DNA from: Candidatus Deferrimicrobiaceae bacterium
GTDB taxonomy: Bacteria; Desulfobacterota; Deferrimicrobia; Deferrimicrobiales; Deferrimicrobiaceae
Assembly: GCA_963792415.1 (NCBI GenBank)
Contig: CAWBVY010000006.1
Span: 352,001 to 416,000 of the forward strand
Direction: 5' to 3'
DNA: 64,000 nucleotides
Shown: in pieces, positions 1-6,677 of the stretch
Layout: the number at the start of each line of letters is the position of its first letter
Position numbering within the stretch: position 1 is the first letter of the stretch
Made by a program: the position numbers and the translations under genes
The notes under the pieces: generated by a model
Told to the model about the DNA's origin: nothing
The model's database searches: none
Seen by the model: only the letters and a program-made list of their open reading frames with translations

Positions 1-585
1 TGCGCCGAATTTTTTCAGAGCCGCCGGGGCCGCATCATGCCAAGTGGCCCAAGACAGGCCGGAGTAGGCCTCAATGTCCACCATCGGCGCTCTTATTTCA
101 TCGATGCCCACAAGGATATGCTCCAGGCTCATGCCCATGATCATGTATTGCGGCTCCGCCAACAAAGCCGCACCCACCGCTGACCTTAGCCCGCCCAAGA
201 ACTGATTCTTGTACTCCATCAGATCTTCTTCGGTCTCCAACTTCGGCTTCGGCGTCAAAACGTTGGTGGTGTGAAGGCCGACCCCTCTTAGCCCGTGTGG
301 TCCTTGGTTCTTGAAGATGATGCTCCAAAGTTCGTGCTCCATGCTGGTATTCGTAGCGGGAATAAGAAGCCCAAACTTTCTTCTGAAACTCCTCACGTCG
401 GGATATCCCCTGGAAGAGTTGATCTCGCCGAAGTTCTCGGCTTTCTTACCATTGTGAACGACGCCGGGAGGCGCCAGAGCGGGCATGGGCGGGACATTTA
501 CATTGGGAATGGTGATTTTTCCCCCGGACAATTCACCAATAATAGTCTGTGCTCCTATGTAGTTTATTTTCTCGTGTTCATTCAT
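1..585 (-). CDS. Arylmalonate decarboxylase / maleate cis-trans isomerase family protein (Asp/Glu racemase superfamily), runs off the left edge
   Basis: Not in the ORF track; translated by hand from ATG at 585 (RBS GAGGAG at 593-598): MNEHEKINY...RRKFGLLIPATNTSMEHEL...QYMIMGMSLE...AAPAALKKFGA. GLLIPxTNTxMExE is the family N-terminal motif. Confidence 0.8.
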   Translation of the reverse strand, partial: MNEHEKINYIGAQTIIGELSGGKITIPNVNVPPMPALAPPGVVHNGKKAENFGEINSSRGYPDVRSFRRKFGLLIPATNTSMEHELWSIIFKNQGPHGLRGVGLHTTNVLTPKPKLETEEDLMEYKNQFLGGLRSAVGAALLAEPQYMIMGMSLEHILVGIDEIRAPMVDIEAYSGLSWATWHDAAPAALKKFGA

Positions 586-1018
586 TCCCTTGCTCCTCGT
601 GGGTTTACAAGGATTTTCTCAAACTAAATCGTGGCAACCCAATCCAAAATTGCCATCCCGGATTTTTCGATTCCGATGGTTTCGCCAATATGCCCCTATA
701 TAAAACAAGGCCTCTCGGTTCCTGATTGAAGTCTGTTGCAGGTAGGATGTTCCGCCAGACCCTTTCGTTCTCTCATTGGCGCACAAAGGGAAACCCCGTT
801 TTTCACCCCGAAACGACCATTGTTTGCAAGGGGTTTGCAGTCCGTGCGGACTTTCCCCATCAAACCTTCCACCGCCTCGAATCGGCCTGAAAAGCATTAA
901 CACACCTCGGACGGATCTGATGGGGGCAGATCCACGGTTGACCTGATCCCCATTTCTTAGACACTTCCAGGGTTATACTTCCGGCTGACTTTTCCGGTCC
1001 CGACCCTAGGAGGGCACG

Positions 1019-1282
1019 ATGAAGAAGCGGTTCACGGAGGAGCAGATCGCCTTTGCCTTGCGCCAGGCGGAAGGAGGCACCCCGGTTACCGAGGTGTGCC
1101 GCAAGATGGGGGTCAGCGAGCAATCGTTTTACCGTTGGAAGCGCAAGTACGATGGGATGGGTGTCGCCGAGCTCCGCCGCTTGCGGCAACTCGAGGAGGA
1201 GAACCGGAAGCTGAAGAAGTTGGGGGCGGATCTGGCGCTGGACAAGCACATTCTCCAGGAGGTGCTGCAAAAAAAAGTATAA
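1019..1282 (+). CDS. IS3 transposase OrfA (HTH)
   Basis: MKKRFTEEQIAFALRQAEGG...LEEENRKLK; RBS GGAGG upstream. Confidence 0.93.
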   Translation: MKKRFTEEQIAFALRQAEGGTPVTEVCRKMGVSEQSFYRWKRKYDGMGVAELRRLRQLEEENRKLKKLGADLALDKHILQEVLQKKV

Positions 1283-2127
1283 GGCCGGCACGCAAGCGGT
1301 CCCTGGTTCAGGATGTACGGGCCGCGTACAAGCTCACGATGAGGCGTGCGTGCCGGCTGATCCAGATCCCGCGGCCGACGGCGTATTACCGGAGCCGGAA
1401 GAAGACGTGGAACGAATTGCGGATCCGGATGAGAGACCTGGCGGCGGTTCGAATTCGTTACGGCTATCGTCGATTGCACGTCCTGCTTCATCGGGAGGGA
1501 TGGAAGGTCAATCATAAGCTTGTTTGGCGAATATATCGGGAGGAAGGGCTCTCCATACGGACGAAGGGGAGGAAGAAGAAGATCAGCCGGCTCCGGGTTG
1601 TTCTTCCGGAGGCAAAGGCACCAAATGAGCGCTGGAGCATGGATTTTGTCTCCGATGGGCTCTTCACTAGTCGCCGATTCCGGGTCTTTACGTTAGTGGA
1701 TCACTTTACGCGTGAGAGTCCGGCGATCGTGGTGGACCATTCGATCCCCGGGAGCAAGGTCGTCGAGGTTCTGGACCGCCTGGCGGGACTTGGAATCAAG
1801 CCCAAGGTCATCACGGTGGATAACGGCCCGGAGTTCTCGGGCAGGGTCTTGGACGAGTGGGCACATCGCAACGGAGTGAAATTGGACTTTATCCGGCCGG
1901 GCAAGCCGGTGGAGAATGCATACATCGAAAGCTTCAACGGGAAGCTGCGGGAAGAATGTCTGAATCTGCATTGGTTCAAGATGATCGAGGAAGCCAAGGA
2001 AAAGATCGAATCTTGGCGGGTCGACTACAACGAGCACCGCCCGCATAGCGCATTGAACGACCAAACACCGTCGGAGTTCGCCGAGAACTTCGACCTATCC
2101 CGGGCCGTCGAAAAGGTCGGATTTTAA
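1269..2127 (+). CDS. IS3 transposase OrfB (DDE/rve), expressed by -1 programmed frameshift
   Basis: Slippery A8G at 1269-1277; motifs YGYRR, WSMDF, VDNGPEF, ENAYIESFNGKLREE. Confidence 0.92.
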
Positions 2128-2322
2128 CCTTGGAAAGTGTCGAAGAACGGGGGGACCCTCAATCCCAACGTTGATTCCTCTTTTATTGGCCGTCATAGGG
2201 GGCGCGATGCTCCCAATTCCATAACCTAGGATTTTCTGCCAAACCCCAATTGGGAAATATGAGATGCCTGGGACTTCGATTGCTGTTGGGGATATTGTTG
2301 GGGGTGAAGTATTTCGGACATG

Positions 2323-2360
2323 AAAAAGGGGGTCACGATTTCTCGTAACCCCCTGTTTTT
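2323..2360 (-). terminator. Intrinsic terminator-like hairpin after tRNA-fMet (possibly bidirectional)
   Basis: AAAAAGGGGGTCACGA-TTTC-TCGTAACCCCCTGTTTTT: GC stem with A/T tails on both sides. Confidence 0.65.
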
Positions 2361-2363
2361 ATT

Positions 2364-2440
<77 letters not shown>

Positions 2441-2453
2441 TCATGAACGAATA

Positions 2454-2482
2454 AATATACTCCTCACACACCACAGTGTCAA
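2454..2482 (-). promoter_or_regulatory. Sigma70 promoter of tRNA-fMet
   Basis: TTGACA-17 nt-TATATT on the minus strand, 13 nt before the tRNA. Confidence 0.75.
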
Positions 2483-2498
2483 CCTCGGTTTAGGAGCA
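2477..2498. repeat. Direct repeat DR1, copy a
   Basis: TGTCAACCTCGGTTTAGGAGCA; core CGGTTTAGGA identical to 3223-3232. Confidence 0.6.
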
Positions 2499-2534
2499 GA
2501 GAAGACGTGTAGGTGCTCATGAATGATTCCATCC

Positions 2535-2951
2535 TCATTCCTGAGCGCCGGCACCTCCACGAACCATGGTCCAGAAACCACGCGGATCCACGATCGGAAT
2601 CGGCGACTGTGATGCCACTTCCAACAGATCGGAATCGCCGGTCACGATAACATCCGCTTTCCCCGCCACAGCCGAAGCAAGGACCCATCGATCATCTGGG
2701 TCCCGAACCGGTAAGGGATGCGGCTCCGATGGCTTTGGGACGACGATCTGATCCCGTAATAATTGCTCGATAGCCGTAACCACAGGAGCTGGAACTTTGA
2801 TGCGGTCTCGCAGAACCCGGCGGAGCTCAATGATAACGACCTCACCGGTGATCAGGTCGTGCTCCGCCAGGATATGTCGAAGGACATCCGCGCACAAGCC
2901 GCGAGTGGCGAAAGCGCTCACAAGGACATTCGTGTAGAGAAAGACCCTCAC
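2535..2951 (-). CDS. PIN-domain toxin (VapC-like); first catalytic Asp replaced by Tyr
   Basis: GTG start overlapping the antitoxin stop (GTGA); MRVFLYTNVLVSA...RDPDDRWVL...IVTGDSDLL. Confidence 0.88.
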   Translation of the reverse strand: MRVFLYTNVLVSAFATRGLCADVLRHILAEHDLITGEVVIIELRRVLRDRIKVPAPVVTAIEQLLRDQIVVPKPSEPHPLPVRDPDDRWVLASAVAGKADVIVTGDSDLLEVASQSPIPIVDPRGFWTMVRGGAGAQE

Positions 2952-3169
2952 GAAAGGGCCTTGTTCACATCCTCGTCCGTGAGATATCCCCGCGCTTCCG
3001 CAAAAGGCAGGACCTGCCGGCGCAGTTGCTCGAAACGGATGATCGACAAATGGCGCTTGAGCGAGTCGCGGACTATGTCGCTTCTCGTACGGCCCGACTG
3101 CTTGCAAACCTTGTCGAGCAGCTTCTGGAGGTCCGGCTCTATGCGAATTGTAACGGCTGAAGTTTTCAT
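2948..3169 (-). CDS. Ribbon-helix-helix (CopG-like) antitoxin
   Basis: MKTSAVTIRIEPDLQKLLDKVCKQSGRTRSDIVRDSL; coupled to the PIN gene. Confidence 0.88.
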   Translation of the reverse strand: MKTSAVTIRIEPDLQKLLDKVCKQSGRTRSDIVRDSLKRHLSIIRFEQLRRQVLPFAEARGYLTDEDVNKALS

Positions 3170-3205
3170 GTCATACATTGTATGTCGTACATCGACAGCA
3201 TGCAA
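3170..3205 (-). promoter_or_regulatory. TA promoter with overlapping operator; probably a leaderless transcript
   Basis: TTGCAT-17-TACAAT then 7 nt to ATG with no SD; TGTACGACA/TGTATGACA repeats and a CATACA-n-TGTATG palindrome over the -10. Confidence 0.65.
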
Positions 3206-3214
3206 GAGGCTAAT

Positions 3215-3235
3215 TATCACCACGGTTTAGGAACA
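3215..3235. repeat. Direct repeat DR1, copy b
   Basis: TATCACCACGGTTTAGGAACA; aligns with 2477-2498 with one gap and three mismatches. Confidence 0.6.
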
Positions 3236-3237
3236 CC

Positions 3238-3262
3238 CCATTCCGAAACCGGGATAGACGGG
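3238..3262. repeat. Direct repeat DR2, copy a
   Basis: CCATTCCGAAACCGGGATAGACGGG; 19/25 ungapped identity to 4799-4823. Confidence 0.5.
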
Positions 3263-3287
3263 CACGGTAATTGAACTTTTCAACGGC

Positions 3288-3716
3288 ATGATCGAGAAAT
3301 CGGATCCGCAATCCGACACATCGTTGTCACGCCTTCAGGTGGAATATATTCCCGGTCGGATTCTCACCATCCGTGGCCATCGGGTGATGCTGGACGTTGA
3401 TCTTGCGAAACTCTTCGGTGTCACAACCAAACGGCTAAACGAAGCAGTTCGAAGGAACACGTCTCGATTCCCGCATGATTTCATGTTTCAGCTGGCCCCC
3501 GGTGAATCCGAATCTTTGAGGTCGCAATTTGCGACCTCAAACGGGCGAGGCGGACGCGGCGAAATTCGATGGGCGCACACAAGGAATTCGCTAGGACGTT
3601 GGAAGGATCTTGAACGGAAATACGCGGCGCACGACACACAGATCAAGGGAATCTTCGACGCGCTACGAGCACTCATGGAACCCCCGAAGACGCCGCGGAG
3701 GCGGATCGGATTCTGA
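3288..3716 (+). pseudogene. ORF6N-domain DNA-binding protein, internally deleted
   Basis: IRGHRVMLDVDLAKLFGVTTKRLNEAVRRN..RFP.DFMFQL and C-terminal RRIGF are typical of the family; the central YAFTEHG...RAFV block is absent. Confidence 0.75.
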
Positions 3717-3752
3717 TCGTTTCCCGAATGAACCTGGTCCGAAATCCGGAGG

Positions 3753-4775
3753 GTGGCGGCAATGCGTATCGATCAACGCGGGAAATCGAATTCCATCAAG
3801 GATCTGCTGGTCAAGATCGCCAGGCGGGAGCACTTGGAGATCTTCGAAGGGGACTCTACTCCCTTTTCCGTTTACGCATCGGCCTGGCTGGAGAGGAAGA
3901 AGGCGACCCTTGCCCGCTCCACCTATGGCGATTATCGTTCGATCTGGAAGAAATATGTCCTCCCCCACTTCGGGAACATTCCGCTATGCCGGGTGACGAG
4001 GCGCGACGTGGAAGCGTTCCTCGACAACCTCCCGGAGATCTCCGCGAAGCGGAAGAACAACATCATGGTTCCGCTGAAGTGTCTCTTCAACGACGCCAGC
4101 CGGCGCGGAGAGATCGACGAGCCCCCCTCCGAGAACATCCGGCGCTTAAAGGAAATAAAGCCGTTCATCGATCCCTTCTCCTTCAGTGAAATGAAGCTTC
4201 TCCTGGAACACGTCGATCCCCATTACGGGGCGTATTTCACGACCGCGTTCCTGACGGGGATGCGGCCCAACGAGATGATCGCGCTCAAATGGTCCCAGGT
4301 GGATTTCGAAATGCGGTGCATCACCGTTCGGGAAGGCCGCGTCCTTGGAATCGAAGGACCGCCCAAGACGATGTCTTCCTATCGCGACATCGACATGCTC
4401 GATCCCCTCTTCGAGGCGCTGCGGAAGCATCAAGAGGGGGCTCGACCGGGATCGACGTACGTTTTCCCGGGGAAAACCGGCAGGCCGGTCGAAGTCAACA
4501 ACCTTCGGAAACGGGTCTGGTATCCCGCGATCGCCGCGGCCGGGTTGCGCCGGCGCACGATGTACCAGACGCGGCACACCTTCGCGTCGCTCATGCTTGG
4601 CCACGGCGAGGATCCGCTCTGGGTGGCGCGCATGCTGGGACACGCCGGCCTGGACATGATCTTCAAACATTACGGGAAGTTCATACGGAACCGCTCCCGG
4701 AAGGACGGTGGAAGGTTTCTGGAGGGGCTGAAGGAGGCGGAGGCTTTCCTGCAATCGGGCAGGCGGACAACCTAA
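3753..4775 (+). CDS. Tyrosine recombinase / phage-type integrase
   Basis: SAM-like core-binding region plus catalytic TGMRPNE, PKT, YQTRHTFA, LGH, KHY; short N-terminus. Confidence 0.92.
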   Translation: MAAMRIDQRGKSNSIKDLLVKIARREHLEIFEGDSTPFSVYASAWLERKKATLARSTYGDYRSIWKKYVLPHFGNIPLCRVTRRDVEAFLDNLPEISAKRKNNIMVPLKCLFNDASRRGEIDEPPSENIRRLKEIKPFIDPFSFSEMKLLLEHVDPHYGAYFTTAFLTGMRPNEMIALKWSQVDFEMRCITVREGRVLGIEGPPKTMSSYRDIDMLDPLFEALRKHQEGARPGSTYVFPGKTGRPVEVNNLRKRVWYPAIAAAGLRRRTMYQTRHTFASLMLGHGEDPLWVARMLGHAGLDMIFKHYGKFIRNRSRKDGGRFLEGLKEAEAFLQSGRRTT

Positions 4776-4798
4776 CAGTCCGATATCATAATGCAATT

Positions 4799-4823
4799 CC
4801 ATTCCGACAACGGATGAGACTGG
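4799..4823. repeat. Direct repeat DR2, copy b
   Basis: CCATTCCGACAACGGATGAGACTGG, inside a larger inverted repeat CCGATATC...GATATCGG (4780-4837). Confidence 0.5.
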
Positions 4824-4876
4824 AAAAGGGATATCGGTTATATTGGCCTCATCGACCACGTACCGGGAGGCGATCG

Positions 4877-5620
4877 GTGGCCGTGCGCAAGGTCCCCATG
4901 GCACTTCTTTCCACCCTTACCTGCCTCTTCCTGATCACCGCGCAGGCGAACGCCGGTTCCGAAGGATTCCTGGACCTGTATATCGGGACGGCCAGTAACT
5001 GGAGGGCGGACGTCAGCGTCTCCGAGACCACGTCCTCGGGTACGACATCCGCGGCCGCCTCGATCGATCTCCCTTCCTCGACGGAGTTCGGGATCCGTTT
5101 CGGCGCATGGTTCCCGACGTACAACTGGGTCGGGTTGGGGATCGACCTGGGGTACGCGCATGCGGAAGGACCCGGGGTGGACATAAACGCGTATCCGATG
5201 ACTCTCCTCCTCGCCCTCAGGGCGCCGCTCTTCCCGACCACGGATCGCCCCGGGGGAAGGCTGCAGCCGTACGCCATGGCCGGCGTGTCGTTTTACATTA
5301 CCGACGTGTCGATACAGCTCGAAGGGATGGGGGGGGACTCCAACCAGATGAGCTGGCCCTGGCCGTACGCCGCCAACTCGACAAATTATGTGTTCGGTCC
5401 TTACCTTGCCGCGGGGCTCGCGTGGCAGCCGACGAAGAGCTTCGCCATCTTCGGCGAATACCGGCACACGAGCTTCGACGTGGGATACGACACGACGAAC
5501 TCGTGGATCTGGCCGACGGCGAACGGGAGGGTGGACACGACGGTGAAGGCCGACCGGGCCCTTTTCGGGGTCTCCTACCGGTTCGGTGCGGACGCCCCGA
5601 AAAAAGAGGCGCAGCCGTGA
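4877..5620 (+). CDS. Outer-membrane beta-barrel protein (8-stranded OmpA/OmpW-like)
   Basis: GGGAGG RBS then GTG; signal peptide ending AQANA; alternating strands, LQPYAMAG, IFGEYRH, terminal GVSYRF. Confidence 0.8.
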   Translation: MAVRKVPMALLSTLTCLFLITAQANAGSEGFLDLYIGTASNWRADVSVSETTSSGTTSAAASIDLPSSTEFGIRFGAWFPTYNWVGLGIDLGYAHAEGPGVDINAYPMTLLLALRAPLFPTTDRPGGRLQPYAMAGVSFYITDVSIQLEGMGGDSNQMSWPWPYAANSTNYVFGPYLAAGLAWQPTKSFAIFGEYRHTSFDVGYDTTNSWIWPTANGRVDTTVKADRALFGVSYRFGADAPKKEAQP

Positions 5621-5695
5621 ACGCGGCGCTCCCGTGCGGGCCGCTCTTTCGGATATAGTTGTTCCATCGACAATGCTTTCCAGGGGGGATAAAGA

Positions 5696-6619
5696 ATGGC
5701 GGCGAACGTGAGCTTCAAGGGGGTCTTCCCGATCCTGGTGACCCCGTTCGACGAGAAGGAGAACATCGACCTCGAGTCGTTCGACCGCGTGGTCCGCTTC
5801 ATGGCGAATATCGGCGTGGACGGCGTGACCATCCTGGGGGTTCTGGGCGAATCGAACCGGCTGGTCGATTCCGAACGGGAGGAACTGATCAAGGCGGCGG
5901 TGGCGGCGGCGGACGGGCGGATCCCCGTCGTCGTCGGGACCAGCCACAAGGGGACGCAGGCGACCCTGTACCTCAGCCTGGTGGCGGAGTCCCTCGGGGC
6001 GGCCGCCGTCATGGTGACCCCGTCGAAGGAGGCGGTTCCCAACGAGGAGCGGATCTTCGAGTATTTCCGGAAGGCGGCCCAGGAGATCACCATCCCGATC
6101 GTCCTGCAGGACCACCCCGGCTCGACGGAAGTCCACATGTCCGTGCCGCTGATCCTGCGGATGGTGAACGAGATCCCGCGGATCGCGTGCATCAAGCAGG
6201 AGGCGCCGCCGACCCCCGCCAGGATCGCCGCGCTGATCGCGGGAATGAAGGACCGGCGGGTGCCGATCCTGACCGGCCTCGGGGCCCTCTACGGGATGTT
6301 CGACCTGGAACGCGGCAGCGACGGGTACATGACGGGGTTCGCCTTCCCCGAGGTGCTGATCGCCATGGTGAAGTCGGTCCGGGAGGGCCGGATGGAGGAC
6401 GCTTGGGAGCTGTACCGCCGCTTCCTCCCCCTGATCGTCTTCGAGCAGCAGCCGGGAATCGCCATCCGCAAGGAGATCTATCGCCTCCGGGGACTCATCC
6501 GGAGCAACCGCGTGCGCCACCCCGGAGCGCCGCTGGTCGCCTCCGCAGGCGAGCAGCTCCGGTCGGTGATGGCACGCGTCCTCCCCGGCGTCGACATCAC
6601 GAGGCCGCTGGCGCTTTGA
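5696..6619 (+). CDS. Dihydrodipicolinate synthase-family lyase (non-DapA, keto-deoxy sugar acid dehydratase-like)
   Basis: GVFPILVTPF, GVLGE, LQDHP, IKQE (Schiff-base Lys). Confidence 0.85.
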   Translation: MAANVSFKGVFPILVTPFDEKENIDLESFDRVVRFMANIGVDGVTILGVLGESNRLVDSEREELIKAAVAAADGRIPVVVGTSHKGTQATLYLSLVAESLGAAAVMVTPSKEAVPNEERIFEYFRKAAQEITIPIVLQDHPGSTEVHMSVPLILRMVNEIPRIACIKQEAPPTPARIAALIAGMKDRRVPILTGLGALYGMFDLERGSDGYMTGFAFPEVLIAMVKSVREGRMEDAWELYRRFLPLIVFEQQPGIAIRKEIYRLRGLIRSNRVRHPGAPLVASAGEQLRSVMARVLPGVDITRPLAL

Positions 6620-6677
6620 GCCGGACGCCGCTCCCGGAGGCGCGGCGACGAAAGCGGTGCGGAGGATCCGGGGGCGG

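Larger units (their letters stand above)
939..2161 (+). mobile_element. IS3-family insertion sequence (IS407-like), ~1.22 kb
   Basis: Ends TG...CA with imperfect terminal IRs (TGACCTGATCCCCATTTCTTAGACACTTCCAGG vs rc TGAGGGTCCCCCCGTTCTTCGACACTTTCCAAGG); orfA/orfB organisation. No target duplication visible. Confidence 0.9.

Noticed and set aside
608-640. Short matches: CTAAATCGTGG (to the DR1 reverse complement) and AGGATTTTCT (also at 2228)
   Set aside because: About 10 bp each and not at evident module boundaries; likely chance.
3288-4775. Prophage
   Set aside because: No structural, replication or lysis genes; only an integrase and ORF6N.
4780-4830. Resemblance to a GEMM-I (c-di-GMP/cGAMP) riboswitch first hairpin
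   Set aside because: No GNRA tetraloop and no second hairpin/receptor visible.
2477-5620. Classical integron or pdif/dif-module interpretation
   Set aside because: The integrase lacks a recognisable IntI insertion, there is only one non-canonical attC-like structure, and the repeats lack the ATAA-N6-TTAT Xer signature.
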